Assembly (NCBI GenBank): GCA_002189035.1
Contig: CM007991.1
Coordinates: 3,720,001-3,784,000 of the forward strand
Direction: 5' to 3'
Length of the DNA stretch: 64,000 bases
Source: Utricularia gibba
Lineage: Eukaryota > Plantae > Magnoliophyta
The position numbers and the translations under genes are program-made. Each line of letters starts with the position of its first letter. The first letter of the stretch is position 1. The notes under the pieces were generated by a model. It saw only the letters and a list, made by a program, of their open reading frames with translations. It ran no database searches and was not told where the DNA came from. Below are positions 10,929 through 22,549 of this stretch, piece by piece.

Positions 10929-12792
10929 ATGAGAAACGTCCCTAACAGCGTCGACACGGTGAATGCTGCCGCAAACGCCATTGTCACGGCTGAAACCAGA
11001 GTTCAACCGTCTGCGGTGCAGGTAAGACACGATTCTTGTTGTTTTTACTTTTGGGGGAGGTTCTGGAGCTTTTGGGCGGGGGTTTATTTGGAATTATGGT
11101 TTGGAATTGGAAGGGTTTTGTTTTGTTTTGTTTTTTTGATTCGGGATTTCCCAAAAGCAAGTGATAAAAAGTACATGAGATGTTCTATTGATGTTGGGAT
11201 TACTAAATCTTGACTCGAGTTTATGCCCTTTTTTCATGTGATGAAAACCGTATGAAGCAGGCAGATCAGGAAGCGGATTTTCGCCCTTCCTTATCTGGAT
11301 TAGGCTTGTTTATGCTCCCAAACAAATTAGTCGGAGAAATTGGAGGAACTTTTCATGTTTCCAAGGAAGATACATGAGTTTAGGTTTCTAGTCCTTGCAA
11401 TTGGAGGGAAAATAGAAAATTTATGCACAGGATGTAGCTCTTTTGTTCATTCAGGTTGCCTTTTCTTGATTAGTTGGGACTTGGTTGTATAAGAAACATA
11501 CGGTTTTCATGCTCATGGTGCTCGAATTTTGTGATTTCAGAGTAGGAGATGGGTAATTGTTGGAGCATCTACTGGTGTTTCGGTTCAATCAGACAACGGA
11601 AAAGAATTGGCCATGCTGTTCTTGTTTCTGAGCCAGATGTACCTCGGATTGTGGCTCCTGTTGTTGAGAACCGGAGCCATATATCCACCATACTCTTGCC
11701 TTTCATTGCACCTCCTTCGTCGCCTACATCGTTCCTCCAATCTGATCCATCCTCTGCTACGCAATCTCCAGCTGCGCCTTGTCTGAAATCTCTTTCTGTT
11801 AATACCCCTTCCATAGATGGAACTACTATTTTTACCGTCGGTCCATACGCTCACGAGTCTCAGTTGGTTTCACCACCTGTTTTCTCTGCATTCACAACTG
11901 AACCTTCCACGGCTTCCTTTACCCCTCCTCCTGAGCCTGTGCAAACGACTACCCCGTCTTCCCCTGAAGTGCCGTTTGCTCAGCTTTTGTCTTCTTCATT
12001 GGCTCAAAATGGGAGACACGGTGAAGTCAGTCTCAAGTACTCACTCGCCCAGTATGAGTTCAAACCTTATCAATACCCTGGAAGCCCAAGTGCATATGTT
12101 AAGTCACCAAACTCGGTGATTTCCACCTCTGGTACATCATCTCCCTTACCTGATAGGCCCCGGTCTATCGAGTTTCGAATGGGGGATCCTCCCAAGGTTC
12201 TCCGGTATGAAGATTTTCTAAACTACAGATGGGATTCAAAAGTATGTTCTGGTTCAATGACTCCACAAAGTGGGGTTGGGGATCAGGAGTTGCATCTGGA
12301 AACTTGACTCCCAATGGCAGGCTTTCTAAGCTCGCTTCAGGAACAATGACACCAAATGGTGGAGACGGCAACCAAGTTGTGGAGGCATCCTCATTTCCCA
12401 ACTCAGGCTACGTACTCCAAAATGATGAAGCCATCATTGATCCCAGACTCTCCTTTGAACTGCTCGGGGAGGACATTCCAACATGTGTCATCAGAGCAGC
12501 AGAGGAAGATTCATACAATCATGTATCCAGCAGTGCAAACAAGTCAACCAATGCAGGTACTCTTTCCCAGCATCTCTGTGGTGAAAGTTTGAACATCCAG
12601 AGAACGCAGTCAGAAGAGGGAGATGACTCCCATGAGAAGCACCGCACCATATCCTTCGGTTCAAGCAAGGAATTCCACTTCAACAACACAAACGAAGAAG
12701 CATCAGAAAAGGAATGTGAATGGTGGACCAAAGACAAATCTCAGAAGAATAACTGGAGCTTCTTCTCCATGCTTCAATCAAGTGCTACATGA
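10929..12792 (+). CDS. Pro/Ser-rich 'hydroxyproline-rich glycoprotein family' protein (At5g52430/At4g25620-like); two -1 frameshifts
   Basis: Exon 1 10929-11021 (NSVDTVNAAANAIVTAETRVQP); exon 2 from 11541. Motifs RRWG.CWS.YWCFGS, LLPFIAPPSSPTSFLQSDP, GPYAHESQLVSPPVFSAFTTEPSTA, TTPSSPEVPFAQLL, SGTMTPNG, RLSFEL, end WSFFSMLQ. Each frameshift (G runs 11551-11553 and 12272-12275) is repaired by one extra G. Confidence 0.88.
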
Positions 12793-15284
12793 TGGTAAAT
12801 CCTACCTTTGACTCTCATAGCCTCTTTTTGTTTCAGCAAGAGTTACACTACACACGTATGCACTTCTCCCCTTTCCTCTTCACATATCATAGATGAGGTT
12901 CGTGCCACTTGTAGAACTGTGTAATTAATTAACTGCGTTGGGCTAAGTGAAGTGAAGTGAAGTATATAGGGCGCATTGTTTATTCAGTTCAGTTTCACTA
13001 CCAGTAATTTTCGCCTGCCCTATTTTAATTTTAAAAAATTAAAATTTAGAATAAAATGATATTTTTATTAATAAATATAAGGGCACTACCCAATAAATTA
13101 TGCAAAGACCTTGACCAAATTAGTCACGCATGGAGTAAATAGATATTTTATATAGAAAATCGTTTTTAATTTTACATGAGATATTTTTTTTCGTAAAAAA
13201 ATATAAAATTATGAAAATTAGATATATAAAATGGATAATATTGTGTAAGCTAAACATAAATTGTTACATTAGTTTATAAATACGATACTAAGATTGGATA
13301 TCAAACATGTATTAAAATTTTCTAAATTTAGATAAATTCTATTTAAATAATATTACATTTCATTATGCAAAAGTATATGTTTAAAGTTGAATTTAATTCA
13401 AAACTTATTAATTTCATTATGAAAAACATTATAAAAAATAAAATATTATTTAAATTTCTGATTTTTTTACGATTTTTGTAAAAATAATTAAATTGAATCT
13501 GCAAAATCAGAAGCACGAATTTTAAAACACTGTTCATTGAATAAGATTTAGATAAGATAAAATAGTATATTTACTACCCTGGGGTATGTGGGCGGATAGA
13601 GGCCTGCAGTCGCACAGAATGGGAACACTCTTTTTTTATTCTATTAGTTTTTTTTTATTTAGATAAATGATGCATTTAATTGATGTTACTGATGGGGCCC
13701 ACTGTGAATTCACACCTGCATGCATGGCTTCATATTTCATGTCATAAAAATCATATGCTTTAAAATATTCATTCCTTGAAGACTCCCCGTTGACCGAGAC
13801 AATGTTTGACTTCCATTGTAATTCAAAGTGAATAGAATGAGAAGCATTCTGATTTAAAAAAATCAGATAAAATAAATAGGTACGCTTTCCATCTTTGCCC
13901 TTCGGCGCATCCGGTGAGTGACTTCAATGGGAGGGGCGATTGTGTAACTTCAATGTCTCAGTACAGTAGAGTACAGATTTGACTGCCATCCAAAGTGAAA
14001 AATGAATGAATGCAGTACGAAGTACAGTACAGACTGCACGCAGCAGACTCGGCGGGAGAGGAGATTGTGGTGGTTGTTTGTGAAAAAAATTTAATGTATT
14101 TTTTTATTTTAATGTGTGAAATATAAGGTGACAATAACTATTTTACATAAAAATCTTGATACTTTAATAAATTACATATTTCATCCCTAATGGTAAAGTA
14201 CTTTTGTAAAATTTTATATCAAATATAGTTAGCTCTTAAAATTTGACTATTAGCTCATAAAAATTGATATTTTGAACATTTTTATTTATCGCTATTTGAA
14301 CATCAATCAGAATTAATCTTCAATGTTCAATAAAGTAAGCATGATTATTTGGAACTAAGTTTTTCAAAATTTTCAAACATTAAAAACTAATTACGTCAAA
14401 ATTTTAAATAGTTTGAATAATAGTAAAACAATAGAAATTATTTTTATAAATTTTAAAAACAATGGAATCAATTAATACCATACCCTCAATCTGTGAGGAT
14501 ATGAATAAATGCATGTTTGATGTGTTGGTTTCAATATCCACAAGTGTACATGAACACAATGAAAAATGTTTATCCTTCAATGAAATATGATTTGCCACAA
14601 CTCAAATTCTTTTTGTGCAATATTATACATTTCGAACACCGAATCTTCATGATTTTACGATTTTTATCATCTTTAGCAAGCAATTCTAGGTGGTAACCTA
14701 TATTAAAATTAATTCAAACCAAATATGCTTAACTTTAAAATTCATACAAAGTATTCTTCATCATGTTTAAGAAAAAACCTTGTACAAAGTCTTACATAGT
14801 TATTCTGCTTAATCTATTTATGTCCCTTGTATGTAACATGGTTCTACACCCTATCTTGGATGGGATCTTACATGATTCAAATGGGATATTTATGCAATTT
14901 ATAAATAAGGTTGAAGATATAATTGATATTTATATTATTAATCTATAAATCTTTATTCATAAACATTTATCTCAAATCTGTATTTTTTTTAAATTCAAAT
15001 AATCATAATTTACATATTAAATACATTGCAACAAATAAATTTAATAGTTTATGTAAACCTCAGTAATTTTCTATTAATTAATAATCTTAATTAATAACTA
15101 ACCTTATTATTTAAAGAGTTGATGAGCTGTTAATTTATTTATCTTTTTTTGGGGATTAAATCACAACAAAAAAGTGTGGGGAAAGGGTTTTCAAGATGGC
15201 TACAGACAAAGAAACACAGTTCTTGAAGTCAAAGAGTGGTCAAAACCATAAAACGACGACGTTTGGAAGCCTACACCGGTTGCC

Positions 15285-15959
15285 TCACTTCTGGTTCCTG
15301 TAGTAGATCTTGAAAGCGCTGGGCAGGTGAAAAGGCAGCAAGAACCCGACTAGATTGAAGCTCCAAAGGCACAAATTCACCGCCGCCAACACCTGCCCGC
15401 AAACCGAACTTTTTCGATGACTCTGGGCCGCGAATTCGCTGTTTACCCACTCCAGGATCCTCGATATCCTCCAGGAGTTGTAAAGAAGGGGAACGAACGC
15501 CCCCACCGGAACTGAAAACCTGCCGGAAGCCGTTGCGCCTTCCAGAACGACTTGGCAGGCCATTAGAAAGGTGTGTGGAGCTGCCGACTTGATCCCCCGT
15601 CCGTCCCCTTCCAGAATTCCGCTGACTATGTAGGCCGACGGAAGAATCAGGCCGACGATGGCGCCGGTGGAGAGATAGAGGCGTAGGAACTTGTTGTTCT
15701 CGGAGTGGAAAGGAGGCGAACTGGAGTGGGAGGTCGACGGGAAGACGTATTTGGAGATGAAGTGGAGGTAGACGACGGAGAAGAGGACAAAGGCGAGGTC
15801 CTCGACGGTGACCAAGCCGATGACGACAAGGATGATGGCGACGGCAAGAGAGTTGAGGTGGTGGGTGGTGAAGAAACCGCGGCGGAGGAATGGCGCTTTT
15901 GCGGCGGTTTGGGATGACAAGTCACCGCGGCAGCACGGTGGGCCAAATCCGGCGGGCAT
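15285..15959 (-). CDS. Intronless multi-pass membrane protein of unknown function (At5g52420/At5g23920-like)
   Basis: 224-aa ORF with several hydrophobic segments. Family motifs GLVT.ED..F, GLILP.AYI..GI.EGD..G..SAAPH.FL.A.QV..EG, VP..YNS.RI..I.EW, WSFNL.G.LLP..LP.AFK.YY. Confidence 0.88.
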   Translation of the reverse strand: MPAGFGPPCCRGDLSSQTAAKAPFLRRGFFTTHHLNSLAVAIILVVIGLVTVEDLAFVLFSVVYLHFISKYVFPSTSHSSSPPFHSENNKFLRLYLSTGAIVGLILPSAYIVSGILEGDGRGIKSAAPHTFLMACQVVLEGATASGRFSVPVGAFVPLLYNSWRISRILEWVNSEFAAQSHRKSSVCGQVLAAVNLCLWSFNLVGFLLPFHLPSAFKIYYRNQK

Positions 15960-16616
15960 TCTGTAGTGGAGTGAAAGCAGATCGGGAAAGAAAGCCGGAG
16001 ATGAACGCGTGGAAGCTGTCGCTATCGGCTCCCTGTGGCGTTCTTATAGGAAAAAACAAGACTATAAAAATTAGACTTTTAAAATTTAGTATTAATAAGA
16101 TTTTTATGAATATAGTCAGTTTTGAAATTACGAAATTATTTAAAAATATAATATAAAATTATATTATAAACATTAATAAAATAAAAATTTTATGCACTAT
16201 AAAATTTATCATATAATATATTTTTATTGTAAAATATTTTTAAATAAATAAAGAATAAATGGTATAATTTTTTAAATAATATTTTATTTAATAAATAATA
16301 TAAATTTAAAAATAAAATAATTTCTGAGGTTAATTATTAAATTTGAATATCTAATTTTATTATGATATGACTAAAGATTAGAAATTTTAAAAATTAAATA
16401 AAATTACTTTAAAAATTATGTACACACAATATGTATTATATATGATTCAATACAAATTTCACATTTTTTGGGTTGGATTTCATAATTTTTATATAAAATT
16501 CTGTAGTTTATAAATTTCGAAATATTATTTTAGATAATCATTTTTATTATTCGTAATGGATTTAATTCGTTTTTTTTTTTTAAAAAAAACATATTTCTCG
16601 CTTAAAGAAATTAATC

Positions 16617-16756
16617 AGCCCATGTGAAAGTGAAACGGGCCGAAAGTTTGAACAGAAGCCCAGACCATTTGGAAATACGGGTGGCCCATTAATTCCGTCG
16701 TTCTCCTGGATCTCTTCTGTCCAGCATTGTATAGAAGGCCGAAACAGAAACCCTAA
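16617..16756 (+). promoter_or_regulatory. Site II elements plus telo-box upstream of RPL36
   Basis: AGCCCA at 16617 and 16657, GGCCCA at 16683, AAACCCTAA at 16748-16756. This pairing is typical of plant ribosomal-protein promoters. Confidence 0.7.
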
Positions 16757-16960
16757 ATTTTGGGTTGGGGCACACCGCGAGGGATCGGAGGAAGAGTTCA
16801 GCGCTTATTGTTTGTTTACGACAGGCTACTGGTGAGCTGTGTGGCTCAATTTTATACAGTTGTTTCTTTTTGCTAGTAATTGTAGAGATCCGTCGGGTTT
16901 TTCCCAATCAAAGCATGTGATTTGAGAGTTAGATACTGAATAGGTGTTGATTTGATGCAG

Positions 16961-17548
16961 ATGGCTCCGAAGCAGCCGAACAGTGGGTTGTTTGTGGGCT
17001 TGAACAAAGGGCATGTGGTTACTCCCAAGGAATTGGCACCCCGTCCTTCAGACAGGAAGGGAGTAAGATTTTTCCTTTTGTGCATATTTATGTTTTATTG
17101 CATGTCACATTCGCTAGCTTCTACCATGGTTTTTTGGTTTGTTGAGCATGGCGTAACAAGGATTTCTATTAACAATGGCATCTCTTTCACTTACGATGAT
17201 TTTGCATTGGGTTGATCCCTTGATGATTGTAGAAAACCAGCAAGAGGGTGCATTTCGTGAGGAGTCTGATCAGAGAAGTGGCCGGGTTTGCACCGTACGA
17301 AAAGAGAATCACAGAGCTTCTGAAAGTTGGGAAGGACAAGCGCGCCCTGAAAGTGGCTAAGAGAAAGTTAGGTACCCACAAACGAGCAAAAAAGAAGAGA
17401 GAAGAGATGGCTAGTGCTCTTCGCAAGATGAGGTGAGTTTTTTTGTCTCGGGCAGCTTATTTTCATTATTAATTTTGATGGTCTTGCATTCCGTTGACAA
17501 ATCTGAAACTTTTGCAGGGCTGCTGCAGGTGGTGATAAGAAGAAGTGA
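16961..17548 (+). CDS. RPL36: 60S ribosomal protein L36 (eL36)
   Basis: Exons 16961-17062, 17233-17432 and 17518-17548 total 333 nt. Protein [21 protein letters not shown]...[43 protein letters not shown]. Confidence 0.98.
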
Positions 17549-17969
17549 TTTTGTATCTGATTTCAACCATGTTTTGATTCAAATTGGATCTTCTTAAATC
17601 AGACTCTAGAAGGTTTCGTAGACAAAACACTGTTTTCTGGCGTTAAGACCGATTCATATTCTGGTTTGATTTCTCAATGGTATGGATGTTTTTTTGACGC
17701 AAATGCTTCTTTGTTTTTATTTTTCAAATAGTGCTTTTATCTTGCTAGAACAAAGTATGGTCAAAAGAACGGATTTATTTGATTATTCAGATAAAGGCTA
17801 CATCTCGGGTTATTGTATCTCAGTGAAATACATAACATGTGTTACACTGGACCTAGCTTAAGTAAAAAGTACCATATCAGGATGACACTCTTAGCTTCTG
17901 CTTTATTTTATGAACCCATGGAGCGGGTAGTAAACTTAGCTATATCACTTGTTCTGACCTCTGATAATC

Positions 17970-20900
17970 TCATGTTCTGAACCTCTGTGATAACCTCTCA
18001 AGCCCTTCTTTACAATCTCCCGAAATTCGCTTGGCACTTTCTTTGACACCAGTTATTACTGCAGTGGAATCATTAAGCAGGTATTGCAAGGAACTTTCGC
18101 ACCTAGACTTGGCGCCCTTTTGAAGCTCCCCTGCCCGCTTCTTCAAATTCGAGATGAACAGAACGATCACCTCGACTATTCTTGAGATTGTGTTCCTGAT
18201 TCTTAAGCCTGCTTCTTCTCCCATTCGTTTGATTCTCTCTACCAGGGTCTCAGCTCGTCCTATGGTTTCTTCAACCGACAACTGTTCCCCACGATCCAGC
18301 CATGTCACCCCTGCTTCAGCTTCATCACTCAAGTCCTTGTCAACCACAACTTTTATGCCCTGTCTCTTCCAAAGTTTCCGAGCCTCGTCCAGAGCCTCTG
18401 CCTGTTCCCTAGCTCTCTTTGCCTCATCCTCGGCCCATTGCCTACATGCAGTTATGAGCATTATCATGTTCATGATAAATATAAGAGAGATCCTTCAATG
18501 AACTCTGATAAACCGCAAAAATAGGATAGTAATACACAGACCAGATGCGGTTTGTAAGATGAATTGGACAATCATTACCTAGCCATGGATAGAGCCTTCC
18601 TTTCAATTTCTAGCTCGTGCTGTAGCCGAGCAATCTCCTGATTCTCAGCCTCTGATTCCCGCCTTAGCTTGTTTAGCCTTTCTTTTTCATATGAAATCTC
18701 TAATTTATCAGCTGTGACAGCCTGCAACTGTTCCTCTACCTCCCGCCTTAACCTGGACAGAATTTCCATTTCTGAGTCAACAACAGCTCGTTCCTTCATC
18801 AATGAAAGATTTTCTTCCTCCCTTGTAGCTCTCAGCTTCTCTAATTCTTGTCTTGCCTCCTCGGCCAACGTTGCAACAGCATTTATTCTCTCTCTTTCCT
18901 GCAAAAGCTCCTTCTCATAACTCTCACTGAGATCGTTCTCAACCTGCGCTACCAGAGCACTATGAGCAGCAACAGCATTCTCCGCCATGGATTCAGCCTC
19001 AATTCGTGCAAGTTCCTCACTGACAATTGCATAACCATCCCCAGTTGAAAGTGCAATAGCAGCCTGGGCTTTTGTCACAGGTTTTCCTGGCTGGAAGAGT
19101 CTTGTATATCCTACCATACAAACATTCTGATTACGTTTAGTGATGAATGTGCAGAGTGAAATACAAAGGTCCACTTGTAGAGCTTGTCATGAAACCGAAG
19201 AAGACATCTGCAAAAAATCAAAGCCATGCTATCGCATCTCACCAAAGGCTAATGTCACAATACCCTGCTCTCCAGCTGCCAAGTCAGCTGCGAGTGCTGA
19301 CCACGCATCTGGATCAATCTTGTCAATATCTATGAAACCCGATATCTGCTGCAAGGTCTAAAGTTTAAGAGAACAGATACGGATACTGTCAATATTTGAA
19401 TGGTTTTTGTGGAAGTAATAACGCATTTGGTTAGAAAGTTAACCTTTTTGTCAACTAAGGGTAGTTGCTTTTTGTCCAGAGCCATCCTCCATGTCACTAA
19501 ATCCTGACGAGACAAGGGGCTGCAGGAAAATTTCCATTACAGTTACATAAAATTTTGCATGCAAAGAGCTCAAAGCAGACATACCTTTCTGGTGAGAAAC
19601 AGAAGGGACCCGTGTCTTCCTTGTCATTTTGCTGCAAGTCGTGCCTCGAAAGCTTACTAGCAATAAGCCCAGCTTCTGCCAAGCCTGAGTTCAGCAAACT
19701 AGATTAGAATAAAAAATTGAACAGAAATATGCTAATGAGGAAGTGTTTTAATCAGCGAACGAAAGAGAAGATCTAACCTTGAATTGATTGGAAATCAGGA
19801 TCTTCAGGCATAATATCATCGAATGCAATTTCGGAAACATTTTCAATATACATAGCCGGGTAAACTTTTGTGGATACGCTCCTGCAGTAAGTGAAAGAGG
19901 TTAGAATCTGCAATAAAGGTGTCATATATGATGGCTTAAAGTATTATAGCACCTATATTCTACTTGGCATCCTTATGAAAGACAATACCTGGACAGCACA
20001 CTGCTCGCTAAGACTAACCAACGGGCATACTCCCGGCGAGTACACAAGTCTCCAGGTTTCACATCATCCTCAATCACCTAAAAAGGTTATCACAAGCACT
20101 GAAATCATATCTTCATGAAGCTAGCCAAGGCAAAGGTGGCATATACAAGTTCTAACTCGGTTGCAAATTCTTAAAATCATATTTCCAACTATGAAGAGCT
20201 GCTAACTAATCTGCTAACATCTTAAATGTCATAAGTAAGATAACATAAAGTTGCATCTTTGAAACTATATATCCCACCTTTAAAATTTTCAAAGCAGAAA
20301 GTGCTTGACTCTGAAGTTCATCGACAGTAGCTGGCACCAAGATCTTCCCTGGCTGCACCTCTACAGCAGCAGATGCAGCAGTTGGAGCAGGGATGCCCGC
20401 TGAAGAGGAAAACTTTCCAGGACTTGTATGGCCAAAAAGGGGAGGGACAGCTGCCAAGTCATTAGGATCATATTCGTTGCCTTGTTCTCTGGAGTGTTTT
20501 TTATATGCTGATTCTTGTAAATCCTCACTTACGTTTTGCTCCACAGGCGACTTAGAATCTACAACAAAAATAATGTGAATGGTGTTTTTTGGGCTAAACA
20601 TTAGATTTAAGAGGTCTTTGCTTTACTCACCCCTCATGGAATGTGTGCTTCCAGAATCCTCAGTACCCACACCCACCGGTCCGGATTCAAAGCCAGCAAC
20701 ATTGTCTGAAACAGAAGGTGTGGCATCAAAAGGGTATACTGAAAAATTGGATTCTTCAACTTCGTTCAAGCTGGGAACCCCATTCGGATGAGAATTTGCA
20801 GATTCTAGGTTACTACTTTCTGCTAATTCACCAGGATTCCGGGATGGCACACTATCAGAACCCATTTGCATGTCTTGTAAAGCTGCTGAATCATCAACAC

Positions 20901-22111
20901 CTTCAGTCTCACCATTAGTACTGGAAGAAACCAATCTCTGAGTTGATTCCCCTTGGTTAGACTGTATGGAAGAGTTATCACCATTCTCAAACGAACCATC
21001 TGCATCATCTCCCTTGCTGCTTTGAGAAAAAGGAGCATTCTCTTTGTAAAAAGCAGAGTCCTTATCTGACCATGCCTCGGTTTCTTCATTGCCACTTCTC
21101 TGTATCATTTCGGTATCCATGTGCTGTTCAGTTTGATGCTGGTTGTCATCAGAGGACAATACCTCTTCCTGCTGTGAAGTCAGGGGCAGCATGGAGTCTT
21201 TAACTCCTATCAATGAAAGTAAAGATTACTATAATAATTTTGATGAATAATATCGCATGGCATTTCAAACAATGAGTTTGGTCACGTAGAAGCTTCTCAT
21301 GCAACAACAATATAACAATCATATCCACACATTCCATGCACTTCAGAGTCCATCATTTATAATATGACGTAGAAAGGAGTACTCACTCGAAGTACGGCGG
21401 CTCAGAGATGCAATGGAAAAAGTGAGGCCAGAAAAAATAATGAGCCCAGCAACTCCTATACCCAGCATTCCTGTAAAGAAACTAACAGAGACGCCATAAG
21501 CATTTTGATAACGTAAGACCGCAAGGAAAAAAACAGGAAAATCATGTGAATGCTAGTTCCAATTTTCTTTGGTCGAGTCAAGTTTGAAAAGTTAACTCAC
21601 AATATTTATGTTTCCAAAAACCTCACTGCATGTGTAGAGTTACCGCAGTATGAAGTTACAATTAACAAACTGACAGAAAAAAAAAAACAGTCTCTTCAGC
21701 AATGAGCGTGCTATACGTTAATCAGAGAGATTTATCATCCCTTCTAATAAGCTTCCCTAAATGTTTGCATCAAACTGGATAAAGAAACAAACAGGAAAGA
21801 TGATGCACTCAAAGCTGCCAACCTAGAAGAGATTTTTTCTTCCCTGAATCATCAGAACGTCCCTCCACACCCGAATTCGCCCATCCAGAAAATCCATCAG
21901 CCCCAGAATTCACATTAGTCCACGACGAGTTCTCATCGGAACGCTGTTCCAGGCCATTCCCATCCACCGCCCTTCCCTGCACTCTTAATACCACGAATTT
22001 AACATTGCGGCGATGAATCGCCGGAACCAAAAACCCACAATTGAACTTCCCCCGGCGGTAGATGGCCAATTTTAGTTGACACGACGTTGGGCTGAAAGTA
22101 ATGGCATTCAT
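17970..22111 (-). CDS. Plastid-targeted S-layer-homology (SLH) domain coiled-coil protein (At5g23890/At5g52410-like)
   Basis: Transit-peptide-like start (TFSPTSCQLKLA), DGFSGW, TM segment GIGVAGLIIFSGLTF, acidic spacer, then AGIPAP, CTRREYARWL, KVYPAMYIENV..IAFDDI.PEDPDF.SIQGLAEAGLI.SKLSR, GYTRLFQP.KPVTKAQAAIAL and a coiled coil. About 10 exons traced without frameshift. Confidence 0.9.
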
Positions 22112-22549
22112 CTCTGAAGCAAAATCTGAAACACCGGAATCGACGCGGCGGGGAATGTCGAAGATGGAAGAAGGTTTCGGACAATTTGTTGAAGATCACG
22201 ACCACATCAAGACTAGGGTTTGCTGGAGCCCTGTGAACCAATCAACTGTCTGCTTCAACAACCAGATCCCATTCCGGATTCTCAGTTCTTGCAAAAAAGA
22301 ATGTCCCCTATTTTCTGTTATGCTTCTTTCCTCGTTTAAGTATTTTCCTATTTTAATTTTATTTTTTAAAAAAGGAGAATAATTCAATGTATAAAATAAT
22401 TTGTAAGTAATAAATGAAGGGAAAATCGATGCCGTAAAACGGTGTCGTTTCATTATTCTTACAATTCCCGCTGCACCCCTTAACCCTTCAACCGCCGCCC
22501 GGCGAAGCAGGGGAAATTCGCCGACGACAGTGGCAGAGAAGACTTCGAA

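Noticed and set aside
12800-15280. MIRNA precursor near the GTAC cluster, or elsewhere in the window
   Set aside because: No match by eye to conserved mature miRNAs (including miR397, miR398, miR408) and no long foldback. A novel MIRNA cannot be excluded without folding and small-RNA data.
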